From Xylographa opegraphella (taxonomy: Eukaryota): DNA of 64,000 bases. Below, piece by piece: positions 50,600 to 64,000 of the stretch (the first letter of the stretch is position 1; every line of letters begins with the position of its first letter). The stretch is from positions 1-64,000 of the forward strand of contig JALDZX010000082.1 of the NCBI GenBank assembly GCA_022813865.1. The letters run 5' to 3'. The position numbers and the translations under genes were made by a program. The notes beneath the pieces are model-generated. The model ran no database searches. It was not told where the DNA came from and saw nothing but the letters and a program-made list of their open reading frames with translations.

Positions 50600-52277
50600 A
50601 ATATAAATATATTTAAATTATTTTTTTATAATCGACCCCTTTCTTCGCTGATATTGATACGTTAATATTTGATTTTTTATCGATTTTAAAAAATTTCGAT
50701 CAGGCGTATCGAACATATATTTTTTTATATTTTTATTATAATCCTTAATAAATTTGTGTATCTCGCTTTAAATTTTTTTGAATTATTTATTATATTTTGC
50801 CTCGTATTTTTTTACCTAATTAAAATTTTTACGATAAATCTTTTAGCAAATACATTTTTTTCGCTTATTTAATAATCGGTTTAATTCAAAGAAATGATTC
50901 TCGTAATCGTTAATGTATACCGCCGCAGATTAATCGAGAATAAATTTATAATAAGAATCGAACTTTAAATTTAATGCAAAATTAGACTATATAATTATAA
51001 AAATTCAATCAACTTTTTAATTTATAAAAAACTCGAATTAATATATTGATTATGTAGTCTTTTTTTTAAAAAGTTAAAAAATTCTGCGTATCAAAAGAAA
51101 AGTTTTTTATTAAAAGCGATGGAAATATTATATTTTTTATATAAAAAATTATCGCGTAATCGTTTAATAATAAAAAAATTCCGAAATATTTTTTTATCGT
51201 AGTATTTTTTTTATTGATATATTCGTAAAAGTTATTATTTTTAATTTTATATTTTATATCGCTAAAAGTTATACGTCGTTTTTTTATCGTCAGAATTTAT
51301 TAAAAGGTTCGTTAAATTTAATATATCAAATTTTTTATTTAAATGTATTTCTTGCGTAATTTTGTTAGCGAATTTCGTAATAAACAAACTTATTAAAATA
51401 TTAAACGTTGTTTATAAAATTAAGAAGAGATTCGATTAATTCTGAAATATTTTTAACTTTACGATTATATATCGTAAAATTATTTTAATAGTTTACTTAA
51501 TTTCTTTTAACTAATCGTCGATTTAAGGGTAATATACAATAAAAAATAATAATTTTACTTTTAAAATTCGAAAACAACGTTTTTTTAGATTTCGACAAAA
51601 TTTCTTTATTTTTATTCAAAAATATAACTTTCGAAATAAATTATGTAACGATTTAAAAATATATTAAAAGATTTTTGATTTAATTTTCTGCCGTATAGAT
51701 AATATTCCTTTTTGATATTATAAAAAAACTTTTACTAAATTCATAAACTGTAATAAGGCAGCAATCGTATTTCTATTAAAATTATCTAAAAATGAGAATA
51801 AAAATTATTATTACGCAGTAATGAAAAATATCGAATATCAAAATTTATTAAAGATTTTTTTAAAATTTATATCGTTTAATACAATTCTTAATACATAATT
51901 ATTAATATTCAATATATATTTTAAAATAATATTCGAGTTAACAAATATTTAAAGAAATCGTGATTTTTTATAAATACAATAATATTCAAAATAATCGTAT
52001 ATGTCGTACGTTATATATAATACGTTTTTTATTAAATTATATAAAATATATAATTATTTTCGGCTATTATTAAAGTCTATTAAATAAAAATACTCGTTAC
52101 TTTTTTCGTACGGGAAAAATACCGCGTATATATTTGAAATATTATTTTTATAAATTTTTTCAAAATTTTACGTTAACGAATATCGCTTTCGTATTTAATA
52201 ATAAATTTAATTTCGAAGTTAAATAATATTTGTATTATAATCGCTTAATAGTTATATAGGCAGTTAAATTTATTATA
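50600..52277 (-). mobile_element. Degenerate Ty3/Gypsy integrase region (copy C), interrupted by Copia; probably continues ~57971-58381
   Basis: Minus strand ~51500-51540 reads TAT TAC CCT TAA ATC GAC GAT TAG, a decayed YHPQTDGQ integrase motif. Boundaries approximate. Confidence 0.6.
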
Positions 52278-52282
52278 AAATT

Positions 52283-55200
52283 AATTGAAATAAATAAATG
52301 GAATCAATATGGTGGAAACAGTGCTTTATTGAACTATTTATCAAAATGCGTAAAAAGATTACTTTTTTCTTAAAAAAGAAGGCTTTTTTACATACGATTA
52401 CGCTAGTTTAAAAGTAAATAAACGTTTATATTATGTTTAAATAATATAAAAAATATTTTGTCAGGCAACGTTATGTTTAATATTTTTATTTAATATTTAT
52501 TAAATCATTAGCTTTTATTACTTTTAAAATTTAATTAAGTAATAAATTTTCTAAAGTTAAATTTAAGCAGCGATTTAATTAACTCGTTTGCAATTATATT
52601 TTATATAAATACGATATTATTTTAATTTTAATTCTTTTAATAAAGATCTTTAATAAATTAATAAACAACGTTAATATACTTCGATTTTTCGTAAATACAA
52701 ATATTTCTAATCAGCGTTAATAATGTTGAATTATTTTTTTAGTTGCGTTGACGAATTTTTTTAATATTAATTATTTTTTACAATATTAATACTATTTAAA
52801 TTGATATTTAAATATTTACTACAGTCGAGGTTTTCAAATAATTATATAATTTAAAAATTTTTTTTCGCGCAGCTCCACAGAGCTATATATTTAATTTTAA
52901 TAATTAAAATAAATATTAGTTTTTATTTTTAATTTATTTGAATAATAAGTTTTTTATTATTAAATATATATACGTATTTAAAGATACATCTTCGATTTCA
53001 CTTATTTATCGCGTAATTAAAATTAAAAAAGTTCATTAAAATAAATCTTTTACCATTTTTATAAGTTATTTCAAAGTTAATCGTTAATCGAAGGTAATAA
53101 AGTTAGCTTTTTAATACGTAATTATAATATTTCTTAAAGTTACTCAAGTATTAATTTAATTTTTTAAGGCAAAGGCGATATTAAAATACGTATCTATAAT
53201 TATATATATTAAACTTTTAATTACGTATTGATATTCGTTTTAGTTAATTTTCTTTATTTTTAAAATCGGCTGATTAAAACGAGTCGTAATTATTTATTAA
53301 AACTTTTACTATTTTATATTTATTCATTTTTAGCTATAATTTTACGAAAACTTTTTTATATAATAAATATAATTTAAACAAATTAAATAGTTATTTTTAT
53401 CGCGCTTAATTTAAATATCGAATTCTTTTTAATTTTAAATTTTTTATAAATATAATTTTAAATTCATCAACTCTAACTCGACGCGATTACTGCGATTTTA
53501 ATATTATTTAAATAGAAAAATAATTCAATTTTTTTTAAAAATAAATTAATAAATAAAGATTGATATTATATTACTTGAAATTAATTCGCTCGAAATTTTA
53601 AATATAATATTTATATTAATTATAAATTATTTATTTAAAATTGTAAAAGTTTTATTAAAAATTTAAATAATATTTTAACTTGATTTTAATCCTCGATAAA
53701 AACAATGTATAAAACCTTTTTAAAAAAAAATTAAATAAAAACGTTCTTAACGTTTATTTAATCATATTTTAAATTTTTTGTAACGATTAACGCGAAAAAG
53801 AGGCGAAACGTATTTTATCTTGTCGTAAAAATAAATATACTTTCGTAGTTTACGTTGTATTTTAAACAAAAAATATACCACGATACGGGCCTTAAATTTA
53901 TTTAATAAATTATTGATATAAAATTTTAGTTTAAATATTTATTTATTTATAACGATATCCTCGCCTTTTAATAAAACTGGTTTTAAATTTTGTTTAATAC
54001 GAATACGAAAATTTTCTCGTTTATAATTTTTTTAAATTTTTTATTAAATATCGTTAATCGCTTTTTTATATATTAACGAAATAAAAACGATATTCAATAT
54101 TATAATTAATACGACATTTTTATTGTTTTTCGCTAAAACGCTAATTATATTATATTATCAAATTTTTTCCTCGATTTGAAATGATAAATTCTTTAAATTA
54201 ATCTAAAATATTTTTGTTACTTTTAAATGTTAATTGATAACATTTATTTCGTCGAATTTTCTTTTAAAATTAGAAAAACAATTTTTAAATGATAAAATTT
54301 ATTAAAATTAAAGCGGAAAAGGTTTAAAATAATTGATTATTATTAGAATTAATTTTATTAAATTCCTTTTTAAATAATTGAGTAACAAAAATTTCGAAGA
54401 TTAATAACGCGTTTTAAATACTTTAAATATTAAAACGTTTTGCTTAAAAATCATTATATATGAAAAATTTAATTATTAACAAAAAAGTTTTTTACATAAA
54501 CGAAAACTTTTATTCAACAAAATTTTAAAGTAATTAATTATTTAAATTTATTACGAATTTAAAGATTTTTTTAAAAAAATTTCAACAAATCTTATTTGAT
54601 TAGTACGATATTTAGATTATTTGTAAATAGTATACAAATTTTTTATAAAAACTTTAATAAACAAAATATTTATAATTTGTTTTAAGTTAAAAGTTTAAAA
54701 TTAATTAATTTTTCGAATATATTTTTCTTGAATTTTACCGCGTGATTTTTAATAACACGCTAAGAATTCAATATCTATAAACGTTATTATTTATAAATTT
54801 TCTTAACGTATTTTATAAATAACTTTATACGACCGCGCGATATAAATCTTTTTAATTTTTTTTAAAATTATTAATTTTAAACCGACGTAAAAATAATTCT
54901 GAAATTTTGAAATTTTGATATACTCAATATTACAAGTAGTATTTATTGAATTTTTTCTAAACAATATTAACTTGCCGTTAATTATAATTTCAATATCGAT
55001 TTAATTTTTTAAATAAATATGAATTAATTTAATTTTCATTTAAAATTTAATAAACATTCAATATTTTTTAAATATAACGCGTATTAAGTTTTTCGAGGTT
55101 TATATCAATTGTTCGACAACGCTATTTTATGTTACGAAATAGTTTCAATACTTATTCCTTAATCGTTTAAATTAAATCTAAATTTAAACACGTTGTTATT

Positions 55201-57965
55201 ATATAAATTACTATAAATTTTCTTTAAAATTCAAAACTCAAAATTAATTTTTATTTATTTAATTTGAAAATCGCGTTTAATTTTATTTTAGCAACATATT
55301 TTAATTTTTTTAGAATAATTATTTACGATAAAAAAATAGCTTTCGCGAAATGATAACTGGGCTTCATATAAATTCATTAAAATTAAAGGGAAATTTTTAA
55401 TTTTACGTTTATTTACGACGTAATTTTTTAAATTTTATTACTTTAAAATAACGTAAATTTCGTAAATATTGTTATTATTTTATAAAACGACGATTGATTT
55501 TTAGATTTTAATTATTTTTTATAAAATTTTTATTTTAGCGTATTTTTGAGACGCAAAACGATGATATTGAACAATATATTTTATGTTTTTAATTATATCA
55601 TTTTTAAATGACGTAAATTTCTTTTATTTAAACGCAAAATATATATGATTAACGAGCAATTCAAATTTTCTTTAATTAAATATAAAAATATTGATCAATT
55701 TAAAAAATTTAACCGTTTTTATACTTTAAATAAATAATACACCCTCGGTTTTACTGGGAGTAAAAATAATAAAAACGAAGTTATTGAACTTTTTTGCTAT
55801 TTTTTAATAATATATATGCTATTTCTTTTACGAATAATAACTATTTATTTTATATTGTAATTGTATATATATAATTTTTTCTATTAAAATTATTATATAA
55901 ACCTTTTTCGTATATTCCTTTGCCAGGAAGAAATTTAATATTAAAATTAAAAATATAAAAATATAGAAAATTAAAACTAAAATTAGTTTATGATCTTTTT
56001 CATTTCCTATAATAATTGTACTAGTGTATTTGGTATATAATTTTTCATTTCTAAATTCTATTCGGCGTTTTTCTATTTTAATTGAAATTTTAGGAAAAAT
56101 TTTAAATTAATTAATTGTGTAAAAAAGCGCCAAAATTAGCTGTTTAATTAAATTTAAAATTTCTATTAATATAGGCCTTTAAGAAACGGCGATTTTAATT
56201 GTTTCATTTTTTATATTAATTTCAAAATTCGTTAATTTATAATTATTTGATTAAATTTTTAGCGTTATATTCGCGATGGTTTTTACTTAGATTGTTTTAT
56301 AAATTTCTTTTATTTTTATCGATAATTTTATTATTAAATAACTTATGTATTTAAAATAGCTATTTAAACGTTTCGTATTAATTTAGTTTTTTAACAAAAA
56401 AGAGTTAATTATAGTTTATTAAGCGATATTTTTTAATAAAAAAATATTTATTGAATTTATTACAGCGAAACTTCGATCGTTCGAGGTTAAATAATTTTTT
56501 TTAATAATAAACATTGTTATTTTTATTCTTTTTTCCCGATGTTCTGTTTGCTTTAAAACGCGATATTATTTAAAATTTCAAAATTGTTTTTTTTAATAAT
56601 TTAATAATTTTTCTTTTAACGTTGCAGATTTCTCATGCGTTAAAATTATTTTTAATTATTTTATATTTTTTAAAAAATAAATAAGAAAAATAGCTAAAAA
56701 ACTTTAATAGTATTAAAAATAATCGTTAATACAAACTTTGCCGCTGTAATTTATTTTTTTAATTTTTTTTAAATATATTTAAACTTTTTTTAATCATGAT
56801 CGAGTTCAATTTTTTATAATTAATAAAACCATTTATTATTCATTAATTTATTAGTAAAGAAAATACGTATATTTAAGTTTTAACAAATCTTATTTATTTT
56901 TAATCATAAAAAGTTTTTATACGCGTTTTTAATCAATATTATTAATATAAATAATTATTTAATAGTATATATTTATGTTATTTTGAATTTATTTATCGTT
57001 ATTAAATATAATAACAAAATTTAAATTGTTTCTTAAAAATTCAATATTAAAATAGTTAAATTATGAATTAAAATGGCATTCGAGTTTATAAAAATAATTA
57101 TAACGTAAGCGTTAAATATTTGCTTAATGATATAAAATATTTATTTGAATATAAAATAATTTTAGCGAGAATAAATTATAAAAAATAATTCGTTTTTATT
57201 AATCAAAGAAAAGAGCGTTTAAAACTACAAAATTCGATAAAGTTTATCGCGACAGATTTTTTATAAAAAATTTTATAATACAATATCGCTTGTTAAATTT
57301 CGATTTATTTATAAATTAATCGAAACAGAATTTTTTCAAAATAATATAAAATTCGACTCGCGACGAAAGAAAAAACATTATTAAAATAAAATATTTATTA
57401 TCGTATTAAATTTTTAATAAAAACATATATATCTTAATTTCGCGTTATTAACTGCCGCGAATGTCGTAAGCTTCCGAGTTATAAAAATTTTCTTTATTTC
57501 TTCAAAGGCGCGTAATAATGGCCGCGAATATATATATATATTTATTTTTATGAAAAAATCGCGTAATAAATAATCGCAGGGTTTATTTATTTCTTTTAAA
57601 CGTGTAATAAAAATCGTTTAATATATAATTAATTTATTTTTATCGTAAAAAACGCATAGTATATAATGAAAATATTTATTAACATTAAATCTCGTCGCAA
57701 ACTACGGAGTATAAAACTATTTTATATAATTAATTATTTTAATCGTTGCGCGAACGCGGGTTATAACCAATTGAGATAAATAAATAAAATTAGTATAATA
57801 AAATTAATATTTTATTGAATAATTTATTAAATACGTAAAAAGGTTGTTTTCTCTTTTAAAAAAAGCTTTTTTATATACGACTTCGCTAGTTTAAAAGCAA
57901 ATTAATATTTATATTGCCTTCAAGCAATATAAAGGGCATTTTGTTAAACAACGTTAGTTTCAATA
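52283..57965 (-). mobile_element. Full-length hypermutated Ty1/Copia element
   Basis: ~200-bp direct repeats 52283-52482 and 57769-57965; TSD AAATT (52278-52282, 57966-57970); GGTTATAACCC just inside the 5' LTR. Minus-strand FFYLNNI (decayed YxDD, ~53500-53520) and ANDLIN (decayed ADGLTK, ~52495-52512), with RNase H at the 3' end. Confidence 0.8.
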
Positions 57966-57986
57966 AAATTAATTATAATTATTACG

Positions 57987-58217
57987 TGTAACGGCGTGTT
58001 ACATGGCACCTTAACAAGTGATAGACGGAACGGGACTAAAGCGCGTCCGGGACTCAGCCTAGTTCGAAAGCGGTTAGGAGTCTTGGCGTTAGCACTGTTT
58101 ATTTTAACTTCTACGTGTATTACTAAACTTGCTTCCTTATATTATTCTAGGTTGAAATCGCTCACCTATAGCTGTGGTTCTAGGCCTGCTTTTCTGGTGA
58201 GATAGCGAGCCGTAACA
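57987..58217. mobile_element. Solo LTR (231 bp)
   Basis: TGTAACGG...CCGTAACA termini; TSD TTACG at 57982-57986 and 58218-58222. Confidence 0.93.
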
Positions 58218-58799
58218 TTACGCGTATTATCGTTTTCAAATTTAAAAATAATATTTAATATAATATAAAATTGATCGGGTTTATATTGATAATAAATTTA
58301 AACATTTAAAAAATATTTTAAAATTTCAACGGGTTGTAAATTAAGAAATTTCAATATTTATAATTAATAAATTAATTTAAATATTACGATTCTGCTTCTC
58401 ATTAGTATAGTTCGATTAAGATCTGAGTTGAATTCGTTAATAAATAAACAAAAAAGTATAGTAATAAATTAATTGTTTTTCAAGAGTAATAGTTTTCGTA
58501 CAGTATTACATTAAAGTCTATTAATTTAAAATTATAATATAAGTTAAATACGCCTTTTACAATTCAGGAAATCCTTTATTTTATATAAAAGTTTTATTTT
58601 AAAATACCTTTTATGCCTCCCGAAAAAACCATTAAGGCAGAGAGAGGTCATGCCTTTTATACCTTTTAAGAAGGCAGAGAAAGCATTCGAAATAAAGTTC
58701 CTCCGACCTTTATTCCATACAATATTAATCAGAACTTTATTACTAGTTTCCCCCGCCAGATTCTTGCTTTTAAAAGAATTTTAGTAGTTTTTTTATATT

Positions 58800-59180
58800 A
58801 TATCAAAATATAATCTATCCAGCGTTTACCGTCGAAAGACTCAATCGCACAGCATTCGTAATAAACTTTTTTTATGATATACCCTTGCGATCGCTGTATT
58901 AAAGAATATTTAATTTACGAAATTTTTTCGAAATCAAAGTTTTACGTAAATTATATTATCGTTTAAATTTATTGCTTTTTGATTATGATCGAGGCCGATC
59001 GTCGTGATTTAAAGAAACGAAAAAAATAAAATAAAACGCCGAATAATTAAATTAAAAAAGGCCCGTAATCGTAAAAAACGTCAACTTTTAAATATTAAAA
59101 ATAAAAAACGAAAAATAATTCAGCGTAAAATATTTATCATTGAAATTCTAAAAAATTATAAACGTTAAAAGGCGAAAACT
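58800..59180 (+). pseudogene. Decayed antisense accessory ORF of Gypsy B: Zn(II)2Cys6-spaced motif plus coiled coil (homologue at ~49135-49520, minus strand)
   Basis: From 58886: TGC x2 TGT x6 TAC x8 TAC x2 TAT x6 TGC (58973). TAC/TAT are the G>A products of TGC/TGT. Charged helical region follows. Confidence 0.6.
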
Positions 59181-61081
59181 TTTACCAACGATTTCTTCGA
59201 GATCTCTTCTTTTTCTTTTTTTCTTTTTAAAACTTTAAAAACTTTTTTTAAATTTTAACTCTGTTTAATAATACTGTTAAAAAGGCTTTTAATAGTTTCC
59301 AAGGTTAGTAAATAATTTTTAGATATTATCTAACTTTAAGTATTTCTTTTATTTAACTAAATAATTCTGACTTTGCTTATCCAGAATTTTCTTTATTTTA
59401 AATTCTTATTCTTCTTTCTTGTTATATTAAAAGACTATTTATAATAAAGTATTTACGTCTGCTGGTTTCAACAAAAAGATATAAAATACTAGGTATATTC
59501 TCGCATTTTTTGGCAGGTCAAAAAAGTAATTAATTAATTCTTTAACTTGCTTAATTAAAAATAATCCGACTTTAATATAATCAAGTTTTCTGCTTCGATT
59601 TTTGCTAGTTACTGAATTTTTCGTAAAAAAAAATATTTTATTCCCCTGTTTAAGCTAAGGTTTATTCTTTTTATTATTATATTTTATAATAATTACTTTA
59701 TTGTTATTTTATTAAATTCTTTTCGATAACGCTTCGTGCGTATTTTTTAAGTCATTGATTAATATTATTGCTCTATTAATATTAAATCCTGGCCTTTTTC
59801 AAAAATAATTCTGAATGTCGTTTCGTATTTACGAAAAAGGGCGATATTTTTATTATTATAAATTGTTTGTCGTTCAGTGCCAATTGTCCCAAAGGCAACA
59901 GTAATACCCAATTATTTTGTTTGGAATTAATAAATTATTGTAAATACACTTTCAAACTTTGGTTTATTCTTTTTATTCAATTATTTATTTATAAATAATA
60001 AACGATTAATATTTAATTTGACTTTTAATTCAGACATTAAAGTTTTTTTAAAAGGTTTAATATAAACAGTTTATTTTTATTGAACATTATTTCTGCTAAA
60101 AATCTATGATTTTTATTAGGCTGTTCAACAGGAGGAAAATTAATTATTTTACTATGAATAAATTTTTTTAAAAAATACGATAATAAAGTAATTGGTAAAT
60201 TTATTTATAAGTACTATTATCGAATTATATTTTAATTTTGTAGTTAAATTTTTTAATTTTAGTAATTTTCCAATAAAGTCAATCGATATTTATTTTTATA
60301 ATTTCTTTGAAATATTCGAAAATAAAATGATTCCGTATACTGTATGTCTTGTTGACTTATTTTTTAATATAATACGTATTTCTTGATATATTCCTTTACA
60401 TGCTTTTTTATATTTCGGGAATTTATAGTTCTTTTTATAAATTCTATTGTTTTAAAAACTCCTGGGTGGCTATTCGTTGATTTATCGTAATAATATTTAT
60501 TTATTTTTTCTAATGACAGTTTTTTTTTTAAATTTTTTGCAATCGCTTATGTTTCGAAAGCTGCGATTTATTTTGCAGAAATAAGAGCTTTACTGCTATT
60601 CTTGCATAATAATACTTTATTTATTGGTTCTTTGTTTATTAAATCTTTTTTTCTGCTAAATATATTCAGTTTTTCATTGTCTTTGCCTGGTATATATATA
60701 ATTTTGAATTTAAACTGCCCTAAAAGTTCTGCTTATTTTATTTATTTTTTAAAGCACTTTCGTCGTAGTAAAACTTAATAAATTTTTATAATCTATATAA
60801 ATAGTAAATTTTAAGCAACTTTCTGTATACACTTTTCATAATAAAATAAATACTATTATAACGAGTAATTCCTTGTCGTGAATATCATAGTTTTATTCTA
60901 TTAATAATATTCTTTAGTAATGTACAATAGGGTGCTATTTCCTATTTTAAATTTACAGTAAATATATATTTATAGTTAAATTTAATGCGTTTGTTTTTAT
61001 TCTCGCAGGTTTTTTTAACCTAAAACGTTATTAAAACTGGTAGTTTTATATAAGCTTTTTTCAAAATATTAAAAGCTCGTT

Positions 61082-61177
61082 TTTGGTTCGACTTCTATTT
61101 AAAATTTCAATTTTTATATATTGAATTTGTTTGGTTCGACTTCTATTTAAAATTTCAATTTTTATATATTGAATTTG
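61082..61177. repeat. Perfect 48-bp tandem duplication within Gypsy B
   Basis: tttggttcgacttctatttaaaatttcaatttttatatattgaatttg occurs twice in tandem. Confidence 0.95.
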
Positions 61178-64000
61178 TTAAAAATATCACTTTTTTTATG
61201 TAATTTTTAATGAAAAGTTCTATTAAAATTTGTAAATTGTAGAAATCTTAAGATCTTTTCTGTTATTATTAATTAAGGCCGTTTAAGTATAGTTCGTATT
61301 TTTTCTAAATTTGTTTTAATTTCGGTTTTGCTAATTATAAATTTTAGAAAGACTATTTCGTTCTTATTGTATTTAAATTTTTCTGATTTAAACAGCAACT
61401 TCGCTTTTTTTTAGATATATAAGTACTTTTTATATATATTTGATATATTCTTTTGCTAATTTCGAGTAAATAAATATATCGTTTAAATAAATTAATATCG
61501 TTAAATCCAAATATGTTCTTATTACGTTGTGAATTAATATTTAGCAATTAATTAATATATATTAATTTTAAGGGCATAATTCAATACTGGTAGTATTTAT
61601 ATTTGTTTTGGAATACTATTTTTTAATCCGCGTTTTTTTTTTAATTAAATCATATACGCCCCTAAAGTTAAATTTGGTAAAATATTTTACTCTATTAAAT
61701 TTATTTCGTATTTCGCTGATTTTCGGTAGCGAATATCGATTTTTAATAATAATATCGTTAAATTTTTTATAATTAATATAAGATTTCAAGCTTTCGTTTT
61801 TTTAAATATAAATATTACGGGATATTTTACCGAGGATTTTGATTCTTTTATAAATTTCTTTTTAGGCTTTTATAAATATATTTACGAAACTCCCGAAGTT
61901 CTTTTTCTAACATATTATATATAAGTTTAAATGTTGGCTTTTCCCCTGGTTTCAAATTAATCTCGCAATTTTAAGGTTAATATTTAGATAAGGCGTTAAG
62001 CTCTTTCTTTTTCTTTTTAAAAAAATCATGTTTACGCTTTATACTTTTTAGAGATATTAAGAAATACGTTGCTTTTTTTAAATTTTGATTTAATTTGTTT
62101 CACTAACCCTTGCTGATACGTATCGAGTCGAACCTTTAAGTAAAATATTTTTAGTTAAAAATAAAATTTTATTATCTCGATCGATTTTCGATTTTTTATT
62201 TATTTATTACCGTTCTTTATTCATATATAAAATATATATTAATAACGCGGTTTATATACTTTTTGATAAATATTTTTTTATTTTAATTTAAAAATACGTT
62301 GTACTTGATTCACCAAAACTAATTTAGAATAATATAATATTTAGCCATAAGAATTATATCATAGATTATTTTTTATAATATTAAGAGATAGCAATAGAAA
62401 GTGATTTTATATATCGTTCTTTTTTTTAAATAACCCGTCGGCCATTATTATTTAAATTTATTTTAAAATTAAAAACTCGAAGTCCCAACTCTTCGCGAAA
62501 GTACTGAATATATAATTTAAATTAGCTTTAGTATTTAATATTGCGATTAATTAATAATTATTTTTTTAATCGAAATCTTTATAAAATTTATATAATCTAG
62601 TTTTTTCTAGTATATTTTAAAGTGTATTATATTGATTTTCATATCTTTTTCCTATAATATCTTAAATTATTCTTTTTTTTGCTTAAAATAGTCGGTAAAT
62701 TTCCTTGATTTCCGTGTATATTATATATTCTTCATAAAAATATTATTATTATAATGAATTTCCGTAGTTGTTTTTTTTTCGAACGAGTTCTGTATATAAT
62801 AAAAGTATAGCAAGATTGTTATATATATTTTAAATTTTTTAAATGTTTTCGTTTTTCTTTTAAATGCCAAGGGCATTTATGTTTAAAAGATTTATCCTAA
62901 ATTTGAATATTACAATAGGCCTTTTTTGTATAGTTATTATAATTATGGTTTTTTAAATAAATCTTGTAGTGCGTGCTTATATAAGCATTATTATATATTA
63001 AATTATAATTTAAATATCCTGGGTTTACTCGATAATTCTATATATTTAATTTTTTAGTTTTTATCGGCGTTCTTAACTTATTAGTTTTTTTATAGATTTA
63101 ATTTTCGAGATTATCTGACTCGATATTCTGTTTTTCAAAATCTTTATAAATCTACAAATTAATAATATTTTAATCGCTTTTTTCGTTATTATTAATTTTT
63201 ATTTAAGGGCTGTTTTCCCTATATTAAATATTGATTTTCTGTAAATCAACCTTTTCGTGTTTTTTTATTAATATTAATTTAATTATTTAAATTTAAAATA
63301 AGTTTCGTATTTTTTCCTTGTATAAAAACAGCTAATTATCCTTTTTTCAAATTTCGGCTTTACCGAAAGTCTTAAATATACGTTTATTCATAATTTAAAT
63401 TTAAAATTAAATTTTTTTATCAAGAGTTTTTAGCAATATGGCCGATTTTTTTATATACGTAATAAAATCGGCTAATCTTTTACCCCGTAAGTACTTTTTC
63501 CTAAATCCCTGGTTTTGCTTTTAAAATATATTTATTTTTATTGATATTGATTTATAAAGATTTGGCGTTTTATATAGCTTTTCTTTTGCTTCAAAGTCAT
63601 TTTTTTAATAATTATATTTTTATTATATTTTCAATTTCATATTTGCGTTTTACAGCCCTTTCGTACAGCTTGTTGTTATTTTTATATATATTTTAATTAT
63701 TTAATTTATAGTTTTAATTACGGCATTAATTTTTATTAAATCTTTAAATCTTCTGCGGTATTTTATCATTAAAGTATTGTCGTTTTATTGAATTTAAATT
63801 ATAAATTATTAAAATCGAGTCGAGTACTTTGTACAAGTTTTTTTTAATTAAAATAGTATATAAATCGTATTGTTATATTTTTCTCGTTCGATAGTCCAAA
63901 TCCTTTTTCAATTTTAATTTTCAATATCGCAAAGCTTTTTAGCTATTTAAAGTCTTTATCGTCAAAATTTTCAAAATACTTTTTAAAATAAAAGGCGATT

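Larger units (their letters stand above)
58382..64000 (-). mobile_element. Hypermutated Ty3/Gypsy element (copy B, same family as copy A), runs off the window
   Basis: 3' LTR 58382-58742 is the reverse complement of the copy A LTRs; PPT GGCGGGGGAAA; internal sequence is co-linear with ~44230-49575. Confidence 0.9.

Overview
Filamentous ascomycete (Pezizomycotina) nuclear DNA with a two-compartment layout. Extremely AT-rich blocks (about 1-11.4, 38.2-40.6 and 43.3-64 kb) consist of nested, RIP-like hypermutated transposons: several Ty3/Gypsy copies, one full-length Ty1/Copia, a pogo/Fot1 DNA transposon and short, GC-richer solo LTRs with target-site duplications (TSDs). GC-balanced islands carry intron-containing genes: CCT7, a secreted expansin/RlpA-like protein, a tyrosine phosphatase, MRX7-like, VanZ-like, SPT7, POL2, an HNH protein, FMP25-like, TMA23-like and THG1. 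The most notable observations are: (i) a Gypsy family present in two copies carries a decayed antisense ORF with exact Zn(II)2Cys6 spacing plus a coiled coil, next to an LTR holding a nested GCCTCC/GGAGGC palindrome array; (ii) a ~178-bp tandem array upstream of FMP25 records a copy-by-copy mutation gradient; (iii) hypermutation spares CpG and GpC; (iv) GC-AG and GAG-acceptor introns, including two POL2 introns that leave the unspliced frame open. All alignments and gene identities were made by eye; no database search was run. There are two 50-N assembly gaps.
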